A DNA stretch of 64,000 nucleotides from the human T2T-CHM13v2.0 reference genome, Homo sapiens. A model generated the notes under the pieces. It made no database searches, was not told the origin of the DNA, and was given only the letters and a program-made list of their open reading frames with translations. Both the position numbers and the translations under genes were made by a program. Where the stretch lies: NCBI RefSeq assembly GCF_009914755.1, contig NC_060932.1, one strand, 5' to 3'. Shown piece after piece: positions 38,271 to 55,533 of this stretch; position 1 is the stretch's first letter; the number at the start of each line of letters is the position of its first letter.

Positions 38271-41200
38271 CATTCCTCTTTATCACTACAAATGCTCTAC
38301 AGTTCGTTGATCAGCTAAAGACATATTGCTAAACATTACAATGACTCTCCATGAGGATGTGCCTTGTCTCCCCAACTGGCCATAAGCATCCCCCCAAGGC
38401 ACCTTGCACAGTGGTCAGCAGATGGGTAGTGAGTGAGCAAATTGGGACCACTAGACTTAGGGGAATCTTTTTCCCACCAGAGGAGTCCAGTATCACACAG
38501 GATTCTCTTTGATATCCATCCCAGGGAGTTTAGTTGCCAAAGTTCCAAGAAGACCTCATTATTACTTGGCCTTGCCTACAAAGTAATCCCGCACCATAAT
38601 TTTCAGGTCTTGATGAATCCATCTCCGCCTAAAGAAGAGTTTCCTGACTGTCTGAGTTACGCCAAAATAAAATAGGCTTCCCTAAAAGTTGGTGAGTGAG
38701 TACCATGGGACAGGGATGCTGCTCCAGGGATTCAGCCTGAGATGAGATTTGAGCACCATTCAATCCTGAGATCCAGGGATTCCTCGTGATGGTTGATTCT
38801 CGTAACCCCAAAGTACAGGAGCCTACACTGAGGTCTTTCTCAGTAAATGCTGTTGACTGGATGACAGACAGACTCAGACCAACTCAACAACTGACAGAAA
38901 TGGGTTGAAGGCAAAATCAATGGGGTTCACAAACCTAAGGTGCCTGTTAAATCTTCCTGCTCAGTATCAGTTACCTGATGGTTGCGTAAATCTTTTAAAA
39001 CAGCTCTCATATTTCATTTCATCTGTGGCTGTACTGCAGGAATGAGTGAGTGCTATCTATTGCCTCCCACTTGCCAAATTCCACCCACGGAGGCTTCAGG
39101 ACACAGAAGGGCTAGAGAGTAGTGCATGGAAGTCAGGGACCAGATTCTTCCACAGCTGAAGGAATCCGCCATGTCCAACCAGAATGCAGTTTGAGAAACG
39201 CCACATAATTGCACTAATTCAGACTCACAGCAGCCAAATGATGGGCCACTGTGAACTCATTTCTTTTTTAATCCTTAACTGATGTAAGAGAAATTCAGTA
39301 TAACTGTAAGTATGTACCGATAACCAGAGCCAAGCTAATGGCTTGCTTGTCTGGGAGGTACCGAGGGAGCCTGCTCTGGGGTAGGAGTGTATTGTAAGCA
39401 ATGAGCCGCTGTTCGGTAAGTGGGTGCTTGGGAAGTGTGTTGACGCTTCCTCTAATAAACAGCTTGTTTGATTTTTTTAAATGCCCCCTTTCTATTTATT
39501 TAAACTCAGGTCTATTTGCACCACTTTGAATCTACATGTGTTGAGTGAAGAATTCCTTTCCGAATTGTCATGGCTCTGAGTTGAGGTCAGAGTTAACTAG
39601 GTTTATCTAAGCCTGTAAGGTCTTCCCAGTTCCTAGGTGTGACATGGAGGACAAGGACCCTACGCTCTGTCTCCCCAGCACTGCATAGCCTTGCCAAAAG
39701 AGACAGAGAAGGTTGTAATTAATGTGGCGCTATTATCCTTAGCAAGCTAGGAGAGGATCAAAGGAGCAGGAACCTGCAGCCCTCCTGATTTCGTCAGCAG
39801 AGTTGGTAGGGGAATGGAAGGGAAAGAGCTTTGCTTGTGTTAATTAATAACAACCTCTGCAGCTCTCCCCCGGGAAAGGTGGCGACCAAAGCAATCTCAA
39901 GCTTGGGGGCATTGCAGGCAATTCTTGGGGCTATTCTCTTTTAGCACCTTGTTGCCTTTGTCTTCTACTGTGTAGAAATAAATGATGTGCTCTGGACAGC
40001 AATTTTGCTGCAATTTTCTCAACCGCCAAGCCCCTGGGGACTCCTGATCTTCCTGCCAAATACCTCAGTCCTCCTCATCATATTCAGAGCCACACTGGGG
40101 CATTTACTGAGTGAGATTCTTTTTCTTATTTTTCCCACCTTTCATTCCACCCCACCCTCCACACAGGCACCCACAACATGTTCATTAATGAATGCATTTA
40201 ATCAAGTTTATGAAGTCGCTTTATTATCAATAACCCTAATCACTCTTAATTGCTGCATCATTAGTTCGGCCACACTCAGAGGTAGCAGTTAGGCAGAGCA
40301 GTAAATGACAGCCCCAGAAAAATGACTTGCTACATGAAAGCCTGGGAGGAAGAAACTGACAGAAGAGGCAAGGGAAGGAGAGAAGAGAGGGGGAGCATTC
40401 CAGCTGTGCACGAGGCCTGCTGCTGGGCAGAGCCAGGCAGGGAGATGCCATTAGGAGGTTCGGCCAGGTGTAAAGATGCTGGTGAGCCAGTTTTGCATAT
40501 TTTGAAGCTTGGGGGAGCTCCGCATCAGCAGCGAGAGTGAACGTTCTGTTTGACAAAAGTTGATGTTATGTTAATATCTAGCACCTGCCACCCTCGGGGA
40601 TCTCCAAGCCCTCTGCAAGCTCCATTGTGTTCAAAGCCAAATGTGTGGTGCATATGAGGTGAAGGATGCACCTTGTCATCGGGAAAGCAGCAAGCGGTGG
40701 CCCACTGCAGGTCTTTGTCGAGACATTAACTCCCCTGCCTTGTGCATGTTCTTGAAGGCTCTGCACAGCCAAGGAGACCCACTGAGATGCCTCGGGTCAG
40801 AAAAAGAGGTGGCCAACTGCAATTTCCTCCTGTTGAATTAACTTCCCTGGGAGGCCAGAAATCTCAGAGCCTGCCCTAATGCAACCTTAACTCATGGATT
40901 GTCTTAAGAGAGTCTCTCACTCTTCATAGGCCTCAGTTTCCTGTTTGGTAAGCAGATCTAAAAATATCTGTGGCAGCCAACTTCAAATGGATGCTTAGAG
41001 TCTATGAGGCTGCATGTGCAGAAAGGGCTGTGAGTAACACTCGGTGTGCTCCAGACTGAGAGAGCTAGAGAAATGTCAGCCTAGCCGCGGTGGGAGCCTC
41101 TACTGTATGTGGCCACTTCCTCCTTATAGTTGCCCCGCTAATGTTTACTTTGGCCTCCCCATGTCTGAGTACCTCTGTAATTCGTTTTCATGTACAGAAA

Positions 41201-41796
41201 GTCTTAACCCCGGAGGCATAAAGCTCTCCTGATCTCCAGTCTCTGGAAGTTTCTTCTGTGTCACACCCTCCTCAAAAATGCAAAACCCATCTTTATACCT
41301 CCACCATTTACACAGTTATTTTCTATCTCTATTTACACACTCACTTCAGCATTCATTGAAAAACATATTTGTTAGTACCTACAAAGTGCCAGACACTAAG
41401 ATTATAATATTATACATGGATCCCATCTTCAAAGAGCTTACAACTTAGTAATGAACCTCAGGAACATAGTTATTGTAATATTAACTATGTCCCAACTCTA
41501 CTCACCACCTGGGTGTTAAACATCCCATAGAGAGATGCTCACTGTACTAGACAAACAAGCCAGTACCCCACCTCTCCCCCAACCCTCCTTGCTACTTTAC
41601 CTCCCTCTAGAAGCCAATCAACTAGCTAGATAACACTTGGAGCTCAGGATGCCCTAATGGAGGCTCTGGAACAAGTTAGAACCCAGTAGAAACTTACGTG
41701 TTCTATTTCAGAAACCAGAGAAAGCATGCAGAGCTTTCACCAGAGAGTCAAAGACCACCAAAGGGAAGGTCTGGGTAGGGCCGAATGACATACACT

Positions 41797-41971
41797 CAGG
41801 ATCAGCTACATAATTTGCAGGGCCCAGTGCAAAATGAAAACATGAATTTCATTAAACAATGACTAGGACTGTCAAGATAGTGACAACAGGATGTGAAACC
41901 AAGCACAGGACTCTTTGAAGTGTGGGTCCCTGTGCAATTGATCAGACTGCACACCCACGAGGCCAGGCCTG
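41797..41971 (-). mobile_element. MER45A (hAT-Tip100) MITE
   Basis: caggatcagctacataatttgcagggcccagtgcaaaatgaaaa...gcacacccacgaggccaggcctg; degenerate 8-bp TSD catacact/cacacacc. Confidence 0.88.
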
Positions 41972-42832
41972 CACACACCTCATATGCATGAACTTATACT
42001 CCCAAAAGCATCTCAGAATGCATTTCAAATTCAGAAATCCTGTGCAGCTCACACACTGTCTTGAAAGGGCCTAGAACATTGGCATGGTAGGTTCTAAATA
42101 AATATAAAGCCCTTATATTATCATCATTGTTTTGCTTACGTAGTCAAGTCTCTAGACAAAAAAGAAGGCAAATTATGTCTTTGGTGTCTAATAAATGCTT
42201 CTTCATACCAAAACACACAATCTTTTTGGTGTCCTCATAATCTGAGGCCCCACCAAAATCCCTGTATGGGAAAACCCTCCCTATGTCATTCCTAGATACC
42301 TGCAGGGAAAGATCTGGTTCATATGAGAATGTTCTAGAAGCTTCATCCTTAACAGGAAGGGTCTGGAGCTCTTCAGCCACAGGCTGGCCAAGCTATTTCT
42401 TTTACCGTAAACCATTCCATGCCTGTTCCATCTACCTGACTGGACCTTTTTCCTGTATGCTGTTTTGCACACTGGCTGCTTACTGCCCACCTACGTTTCC
42501 CATGGGCTGACCATAGCTCTGCACCCCAATTGCTAGATGAACTCCTGCTCCAGGCCTGGCAATGCACCTGAAACCATAATGCTTCAAGTGGGCATTAGCC
42601 CTGCCACAGCCACTGGAGGTATAGCTTGCCTGACTGAAAATGTTCCACATGCCACAAGTCTACAAAAAACTTAAATTTATTAAAGAATAAATGGGATCTT
42701 TCTTCACCCAGAATCCCGTCCTCACTGCCGGCACAGAGTGACCCAGCACCCTAAACATTCATGCTCATGGCTAAACCTATTCAGGCCCCAGGTTAATTTC
42801 TAACTCGTATCCTCTAGATACAAGGAAGTTGT

Positions 42833-43213
<381 letters not shown>

Positions 43214-43447
43214 TTAGATCTAGAAGAAAGGAGGGAGTAACCAACCAGTTTAGCCTGTTCTCTCAAATAATATGATGCTATAGAGACATAAAGAAATGTT
43301 ATTGTTTTCCAGTAGAGCCAAGTGGCCATTTTCTTACTTCTTTCCATGTTCTAACTCATGGTTTAAGGGTATTAATGAAGTAACCACGGTAATTACAAGA
43401 GCTGCACATAGTGTCTGAGGTATATTTTGCATTCTTAAACAATTTAT

Positions 43448-43828
43448 GGGCTAGGTTTGGTGGCTCATGCCTGGAATCCCAGCACTTGGGAGGCCAAGGC
43501 AAGAGCATTGCTTGAGGGCAGGAATTCAACACCAGCCTGGGCAATATAATGAGACCCAATCTCTACAAAAAAAAAAAAAATCCAGTCACCGGTGCCTGTA
43601 ATGCCAGTGACTGGTGCCTGTAATCCCGGCTGTAAGACTGTGGCAGGAGACTGTGGGAGACTGAGGCAGGAGGACTGCCTGGGCCCAGGAGTGGAGCTAC
43701 TCAGGAGGCTGTGGTGAGAGGATCACTTGAGCCCAGGAGTTGGAGGCTGAAGTGAGCCATGATCGTGCCACTGCACTCCAGCCCAGGCAACAGAGTAAGA
43801 CTATTTCTCAAAAAATAAAAATAAATAA
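43448..43828 (+). mobile_element. AluJ with internally duplicated right arm
   Basis: J-type ggatcacttgagcccaggag; ~380 bp long; TSD taaacaatttat at 43436-43447 and 43829-43840. Confidence 0.9.
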
Positions 43829-43904
43829 TAAACAATTTATATTACTTTACATTTGTGTGTGTAAATGGATAAATGTACATAGATAAAGTGTGACACCAAC
43901 TCTT

Positions 43905-44200
43905 CACATATCTGTGTGGATCCCGATATTGCTTTGAAAAACAGTGAAAATCAAGATATAAATGATAACAACTTACTTGATGAAAGTGATGAACTCTACA
44001 CTATTTTCTGACCTAAGAATAATATGTGATCATATGTGATCCATTTCAATGTTTAAACAGAAAATGTAAAATTCATGCTCATTTCTGAATCCATGTACTT
44101 CTTTAAGACTTATATTGACAAATCCTGTTGCTACCACCTCAGCTAAGCAAAATTTCCCCAAGATGAAATTAATGAAGGGCCACATAAGAACTACAGTGAC
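43905..44200 (+). mobile_element. hAT-Tip100 (Zaphod-like) transposase relic, part before the L1 insertion
   Basis: 44103-44200 translates LRLILTNPVATTSAKQNFPKMKLMKGHIRTTV, a decayed hAT dimerisation motif (LLTIPVT.ASAERSFSKLKLIK.YLRSTM). Confidence 0.8.
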
Positions 44201-45514
44201 GGGGCCAAGATGGCTGACTAGAAACAGCAGTGTTGGGAGGCTCCCATCTAAGAAAACCATAATAACTGTGTGAGTCCTTCACTGGCAACCAAGGTATACA
44301 GGTTTTCTCATCAGAACTGTCTAGGAGACTGACGTGACCCATGGAGAGAAGGAAGAACAGTATGGTACGGCGGCCCACCTGAGAGCCACATGGAGTGGAA
44401 AAGCCTACTCCCCCCAGCCAAGAGAGGTGGTGAGTGACCATGCTACCCACCTGGGGAAACCCTGCTTTTTCCACAGAACTGTGCAACCCATGGATCAGAA
44501 GATCCCACTCACGAACCCATGCTACCGGGGCCTAGCGTCCCAACCCCAGAGTGCAGAGACACTTAACAGCCTCTCAGCTAAAATCTGCTTAAACCTACCA
44601 AACTCCTGGGGAAGGAGTGACCAGCACTAGCTGCAGCTGCCTGCTGTGTAAGCCCTTTGAGCTCCTTGTGGGAGAGGTAGCAGCCAGCACTGATACTGGC
44701 AATTGCCTAACATGTTAAGCTCCCTGGCAGGGGAAGGGTGGCACCCATCTCTATAGCTCCAGGCTGTGCTTTTTCCCTGCTGGAGCCACGAAGGCTGGAT
44801 AGCTTTTTCCCAAGACTTTTCCCCATGGCCCAACACACCAGGTGTGGCAGTCTGTGGCCAGAGGGCCTCTTCAGGCCTGACCCTGACTCATCCTTCCTCA
44901 CTGGGTGGGGCTTCCCTGCAGGAAGTCCAATAACTCCAGCCAGAGGCTCAGGGACAGAACCCGTATCCCCCTGGGCCTGATTCCCTAGGGAAAGGGGTGG
45001 CTACAGTATCTGCGGACCAGCAGACTTAGTCTTTTCTCCTGGCAGTTCTGAGGAATCTGGTCAGCCCAGATGAGTGGGTTTCCCCCAGTGAAGCACACCT
45101 CCTCCACCAAGGAAGAAAGTGCTTCATTAAATGGGTCCTGTTCCTCATGCCACCCAACTAGGTGAGAACCTCCAACAGGGGTTGTCAGACATCCTGTACA
45201 GGAGCAATCCTACTGGCATCAGGTTGGTGCCCCTCAAGATTAGAGGTCCCAGAAGAAGGAGCAGGCACGCACCTGTGCTGTTCTCCAGGCTTCTTCAGTG
45301 ACATCTCTAGGCACAGCGGCAAATCAGATGAATAGGGCCTGAAGTGAACCCCCCAGCAAACAGCAGCAGCCCTACAGAAGAAGGACCTGACTATTGAAAG
45401 AAGAACAAACAAGCAGGAAGCAACAACAACAATGACATCAACAAAAAAGCCCCCACAAAAACCGCAACCAAGGGTCAGCAGCCTCAAAGACCAAAACTAG
45501 ACAAACTCACGGAG

Positions 45515-46545
45515 ATGGGAAAGAGTCAATGAAAAAAATGCTGAAAACTCAAAAGGCCAGAGTGCCTCTTCTCCTCCAAATGATTGCAACATCTCTCCAT
45601 CAGGGGCAGAGAACTGGGTGGAGGATCAGATAGATGAATTGACAGAAGTAGGCTTCAGAAGATGGGTAATAAAAAACTACACTGAGCTAAAGGAGCATGT
45701 TCTAACCCAAAGCAAAGAAACTAAGAACCTTGACGAAAGGTTAGGGGAATTGCTAACTAGAATAATCAGTTTAGAGAGGAACATAAACAACTGATGGAGC
45801 TGAAAAACACAGCATGAGAACTTTGTGAAGCATACACAAGTATCAATAGCTGAATCGACCAAGAGGAAGAAAGGATGTCAGAGTTTGAAGACCACCTTCC
45901 TGAAATAAGACATGCAGACAAGACTAGAGAAATAAAAATGGAAAGTAATGAACACAGCCTCCAAGAAATATGGACTTCATAAAAAGACCAAACCTACGAT
46001 TGATTGGCATACCAGAAGGAGATGGGGGTAATGGAAACAAGCTGGAAAATACACTTCAGGATATTATCCAGGAAAACTTCCCCAACCTAGCAAGATAGGC
46101 CAATATGCAAATTCAGGAAATACAGAGAACACCATTAAGATACTCCACAAGAAGATCAACTCTAAGACACATAATCATCAGATTCTCCAAGGTCGAAATG
46201 AAGGAAAAACTGGCAGCCAGAGAGAAAGACCAGGTCATCTACAAAGGGAAGCCCATCAGACTAACAGAAGACCTCTCAGCAGAAACTCTACAAGCCAGGA
46301 GAGATTGGGGGGCCAATATTCAACATTCTTAAAGAACAGAATTTTAACCCAGAATTTTATATCCAGCCAAGCTAACCTTCATAAGTGAAGGAGAAATAAA
46401 ATCCTTTCCAGACAAGCAAATGCTGAGGGATTCCATTACCACCAGGACTGCCCTGCAAGAGCTCCTAAAAGAAGCACTAAATATGGAAAGGAAAATTCAG
46501 TACCAGCCACTGCAAAAACACACCAAAATACAAAGACCAATGACA
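45515..46545 (+). pseudogene. L1 ORF1p remnant (stops and frameshifts)
   Basis: Fragment 46105..46332 MQIQEIQRTPLRYSTRRSTLRHIIIRFSKVEMKEK...KGKPIRLTEDLSAETLQARRDW. Confidence 0.9.
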
Positions 46546-46593
46546 CAATGAAGAAACTGCATCAACTGGTATGCAAAATAACCAAATAGCAGT

Positions 46594-50425
<3,832 letters not shown>

Positions 50426-50636
50426 GAACATTGAGAACACATGGACACAGAGAGGGAAACAACACACACCAGGGCCTATTGGGGGGCGGTGGGTGAGGGG
50501 AGGGAACTTAGAGGATGGGTCAGTAGGTGCAGCAAACCACCATGGCACACATATACCTATGTAAAAAGCCTGCATGTTCTTGATGTGTATTCCATTTTTT
50601 TAGAAGATTTTTTTTTAAAAAAAGAACTGCAGTGAC

Positions 50637-50755
50637 TTAAGAAAGTTTGTCTGTTATAGCATTGCCAATAAAACACAAATTGTGTGAAAAAATATTTATT
50701 ATAACCATATAATTAGTGATTTCAATGAAATTAAGACAAGAAAAATAAATTTTAT
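50637..50755 (+). mobile_element. hAT transposase relic, C-terminal part after the L1 insertion
   Basis: Continues *ESLSVIALPIKHKLCEK then, after a frameshift, YNHIISDFNEIKTRKINF, a typical hAT C-terminus. Confidence 0.75.
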
Positions 50756-50787
50756 GGAATGGTTATTATGAATTAGAAATCTTTTTT

Positions 50788-51462
50788 CTTTCAACTGAAA
50801 TTTTTAAAAAGTGGGATCAAGATCCTGAAGAATTTCCTCAAAGAACTGTAACAGAAGATGAAACATGGCTTTACCAGTACAATCCAAAAGACAAACCACA
50901 ATCAAAGCAATGGCTACCAAAAGGTGGAAGTGGTCTGGCCAAAGCAAAAGCAGACCAAGAGCAAAGGTCATGGCAACAGTTTTTTTGGATGCTCGTAAGG
51001 GGTCAAAGAACAGTAACTGCTTTTTATGAGTATTTTGACAATGTTACCACAGCTGTAGCAGAAAAACATCCAGAAAGGCTTCACCAGAAAGTCCTTCTCC
51101 ACCATGACTGCTGCTCATTCTTCTCATCAAACAAGGGCAATTTTGTGAGTTTCAATGGGAAATCATCAGGCATCCACCTTACAGTCCTGATTTGGCTCCT
51201 TCTGACTTCTTTCTTGTTTTCTACTCTTAAAAAAAAAAATCTGTAAAAGGCACCCAGTTTTCTTCAGTTAATAATGTGAAAAAGACTGCATTGACATGGT
51301 TACATTCCCAGGACCCTCAGTTCTTTAGGGATGGACTAAATGGCTGGTATCATCACCTACAAAAGTATCATAGACCTGATGGAGCTTATGTTGAAAAATA
51401 AACTTTATATCTTTTTATCTCTTAATCCCATTTTTCTGAAAACTTGTTGAAGTCCCCTCTCA
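50788..51462 (+). mobile_element. HSMAR2 mariner, 3' half (DDD catalytic region plus right TIR)
   Basis: Translates WDQDPEEF..RTVTEDETWLYQYNPKDKPQSKQWLP, LHQKVLLHHD, HPPYSPDLAPSDF; ends aacttgttgaagtcccctc. Confidence 0.93.
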
Positions 51463-51649
51463 TATTTATGTCAAATAACTAACTGATATATTATCTCAAA
51501 TAACATACCCATTAACATTGAATAGAGGCCTTTGCAAATTCATGAGACTGTTTCTGTAGAATAAATATATAGATATGTAGTTGCTAGGTAAACGGTGTAG
51601 TGAATTCATACAATTTTCTGTTGGATACATTTTGAATCCAGTTTTAACT

Positions 51650-51859
51650 TTCTCACACCAGAACTGTGTCACCCTTGACATTGTCTCTAGTTCTACACCA
51701 CATCCAAATGGTTCAAGCCAGTAGCCAGAAATAAGAATTTGCAGGCAACTCTCTCATCTAGCAGACTGGGCTGTCACTTCCTTTAAAGGGAATATTAAGG
51801 CATTTGCCCACAAACTTAAAATTACTCACACCCTATTTTCTTTTCTATACTGCTGGTTG

Positions 51860-51900
<41 letters not shown>

Positions 51901-52390
51901 ATCTCTCTCTCTCTCTCACTCTTTCCTGACTCTGTGTATTACTGCCTTGTGTCATCTGGGGAAGGAGGACTGCCCTCTCTACCCATTGCACCTTCCCTGT
52001 CCAGAATCTGTAAGTAAAAAATCTTTGAACACCTGTTGTGGTGGTGTATTGAATTTGCACCTTCTATTTGAAGAACAAGGGGCTACCCCAGGCTGTGTTT
52101 TTCCTGGAACACCAAGGAGAACACGAAGTTTGACTTCTACCACCAGAGCAAGCATAAAATGGACACAGATTAGACAAAAGCCACAAGGGTGTCTGCCAGT
52201 ATAAATGAGTTCCCTGTGTGCAGGACTCCTGGTCACAGGTCAGACAACTAGGCATTAGGCCATCTTCCAGGAAAAGAAGCTTCTAGGGCGCAGCTATATA
52301 CACCCAAGTCTAGGTCTCTTCATTTCCAGCTGAAGCGTTGCTAGATGCTCCGGTACTGGAATCCCAATTTAGCTGACGGCTTTCAAAACA
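51650..52390 (+). mobile_element. ERVL-class LTR (MER54/MER74-like) with internal (CT)n
   Basis: aatctgtaagtaaaaaatctttgaac...caactaggcattaggcc...cccaatttagctgacggctttcaaaaca terminus; (CT)n at 51860-51918. Confidence 0.65.
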
Positions 52391-52472
52391 AAAGAGAATG
52401 CTCATTTTAAATGTGATATGCATGGATAAATTACCTTTCCAGATGATTGTGACAACGAATTTACACCCTCAT

Positions 52473-52882
52473 TGATATGGTTTGGTTCTGTGTCCCCACC
52501 AAATTTCATGTTGAATTGTAATCCCCAGTGGTGGAGGTGGGGCCTGGTGGGAAGTGATTGGATCATGGGGGCCATTTCTAATAGCTTAGCTCCATCCCTC
52601 TAGTGCTGTTCTTGTGATCTAGTTCTCAGGAGATCCAGTTGTTTAAAAGCCTGTAGAACCTCCCTGCCTCTCTCTTCCTCCTGCTCTGGCCATGTGAAGT
52701 GCTGGCTCCCCCTTCACATTCTGCCAGGATTGAAAGTTTCCTGAGGTCTCCCCAGAAGCTGAGCAGATGCCAGCATAATGCTTCCTGTACAGCCCAAAGA
52801 ACCATGAGCCAATTAAACCTCTTTTCTTTATGAATTACCCACTCTCAGGTATTTCTTTATAGTGTGAGAACAGACTAATACA
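52473..52882 (+). mobile_element. MSTA (MaLR) solo LTR
   Basis: tgatatggtttgg...gaattgtaatccccagtg.tggaggtggggcctggtggga...gagccaattaaacctcttttc...gactaataca. Confidence 0.95.
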
Positions 52883-54721
52883 CCCACAAATAGCATAATT
52901 TCCACACATTCTCAAAACACGTGCTACCATTGTTTCCAAGGTGTGAAAAGTGGGATTTGAAAGATTGAATATACATTCCTTTCTATTGCAAAATATCTTC
53001 TTTTAACATTTACCAAAAATTTGTATTTTTTTGTGAATCACCAGTTAACATAATTTGGTCACTATTTACTTTTTCTTATTGATTTGTAGGAGTACTTTAT
53101 ATATTATAAATCTTTGCCTAACATGCTCAATACATATTTTCCCAGTTTGTTTTTTGTCTATTTTGCCAATGATGTCTTCTGATGTATAAAAGTATACAAT
53201 TATTGTGTAAGCAAATCTGTTGACTTTTTAAAGGATTTTGGCCTCAATGTAATTCTTCAAAAGATCTTTAGAAAGATCTGCTCCCACTGAAGGTTTAAAG
53301 AAAGTTTTTCTATATTTTATAATAGCATTTAAATCCAAATCTGTTTGTAATTAACTTTGATAAGTTAATTTGTCAATTCCTGTGCCAGTAAAATAACATT
53401 TGATTATTATTGTGATAGATAGCAAAGAAAATCCTGCCCTAATCTCCTCTTTCCCAAAATTTGCTAACTATTTTTATATATTCACTCTTCAAGATGAATT
53501 TTAGAATCAGTTTGTATAGTTTAAAAATATCCTACTGGGATTTTGAATGATATGCCATAAATTTACAGATAAATCTGGAATAAAAAAAATACAAGAACGA
53601 GTGTTTCCAGGAATAATATGTTTCTGCTATTTTCTTAGATCTTTCAATACACTTTAAAATGTTTTATGATATGAAAATCTCCCATATTTTATGTTGTTAA
53701 TTTCTAGCAACTAGTTTCATTTGTGAATATGACATTTTTCCTTTATTAGCCTTCATTTGCTTGTTGGTAATGTGCAAGAAAGCTATTGACTTTTATCTTA
53801 TATTAGTCAACGTACTGAATTCTCTTATCTAGTGGATTGTTACCTGATTAGCTTGGATTTTCTAGGTTTACAATAATAAGCTCTTTGGGCTCTTTTTAAT
53901 ATTTATCTCTTACTTACTTTTATTTTACTACTGCATTGGCCAGATCTCAACAGCAATACATGACAGCAGTTTGGGGGAGATTCCTGATTTACTCATTTCA
54001 GCGATTTCACTGTTTGCTATGATGATTACTGACACTCTTTTATCTTAAGAAATTTTCTTCTGTTCCTAATGTACTAAAGTTTTCTAAATTACAATTTTCA
54101 GTTCTGGACATTGAATTTTATAAAATGCACTTTGGCACCCCAACAAGATGACCTTTTTTTTTTTTCTAACCTAGTAATGGAATAAATCGTATCGCATTTT
54201 TTAATTGCATTAATAAATTTTCTAATGTTGAATGGAGATTTCATTATCATTCTTGGAATGAATCCTTGGATTGGAATCATTGGTTATGACATATTTTTCC
54301 TTCAATACATTGCTATATTTTATTTGTTAATATTTTTCTCAGGTTTTTTATATCTATATTCAAGTGAGATTGTTCTGTATGTTTTCTTTGAGAAACTTTG
54401 TCTAGTTTCATTGTCAGAATCAAAAAATGAATTTGAAGATATTCCGTATTTTTAATGCTCTGGAGAAATGTATGTAATCTGGGTATTATCTTTTCAATGA
54501 AGACATGAAAAAACTTGTCCACAAAATTTTCTAGAACGGGTGCCTTTTTGGTGAACCTTTGGGAGAAGGGAGGATTTATTATTCTATTCAAATTTTTTAT
54601 CCTTGAGTCGACTGTTGACATTTTTATTTTTCCAGGGTAGGATACACCATTCATCTAGAATTTCAGAATTATTACAGTCATGTTTTATATAACATTTCCC
54701 TAATATGCGTTTTATGTTTTT

Positions 54722-54915
54722 GTTTTTTAGCTTTATTGAAGTATAATTGAAAAATAAAAATTATACATATTTAAGGTACGCAATGTGTGCAATGTGATGT
54801 TTTGATATATGTATACATTGTGAAATGATTCCACAACCAAGCTAATTAACATGCCAAATTATTTCATCATCTCACATTGTTACCTTCTTTTTGTGGTGAC
54901 AATACTTAAGAGCTA
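54722..54915 (-). mobile_element. L1MA (MA8/9-like) extreme 3' end
   Basis: gctttattgaagtataattga..aataaaaatt...atgtgatgttttgatatatgtatacattgtgaaatgatt. Confidence 0.8.
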
Positions 54916-54969
54916 CATTAAGACTAACAAGTTTAACATTTACATTTGAAAATGTTTGTGGTTATAAAA

Positions 54970-55533
54970 TATGGTAGGCTGAATAATGTTTTTCTAAAAG
55001 ATATCCATGTTCTAATTCCCAGAAACTGTGGATATTGCCTCGAATGGCAAAGGAACTTGCAGTTGTGATTAAGGATTTTGAGATTAGTTCATGATGCAGT
55101 ATTTGCCAGCTGGACTCTACATGTGATCACAAGGCCTTTTTTTCAGAGACACGGTCTTGCTCTGTGGCCCAGGCTGGAGTGCAGTGTCATAATCACAGCT
55201 CACTGCAGCCTCTAACTCCTGGGCTCACGTGATCCTCCCACCTCAGCCTCCCAATACAAGTCTTTATAAAAGGGAGACAAGAAGGTCAAAGGATATGTGA
55301 TAACAGAAGCAAAAGTTCAAAGAAAGGATCACAAGCCAAGGAATGTAGGAATGCGAGGAAGCAGATCCATCTCAGAGCCTCCAAAAGGAGCCAGCCTGCC
55401 AACACCTTGGATTCAGCCCAGTGAAACTGACTTCAGACTTGCAACCCCTAAAACTATAAGAGAATAAATTTGTGATGTTTTAAGCCACTAAATTTGCTGT
55501 AATCTGTTACACTAGTCATAGGAAACTAATACA
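54970..55533 (+). mobile_element. MLT1C/D solo LTR interrupted by an Alu fragment
   Basis: ggtaggctgaataatg...atggcaaaggaacttgcagttgtgattaagg...gagaataaatttgtgatgttttaagccactaa...ggaaactaataca. Confidence 0.88.
55137..55254 (-). mobile_element. AluJ/FRAM right-arm fragment
   Basis: gagacacggtcttgctctgtggcccaggctggagtgcagtg...ctcctgggctcacgtgatcctcccacctcagcctccc; flanks acaaggccttt/acaagtcttt. Confidence 0.88.

Noticed and set aside
50788-51462. Domesticated mariner transposase gene (SETMAR-like)
   Set aside because: HSMAR2 rather than HSMAR1, 5' half missing, frameshifted.
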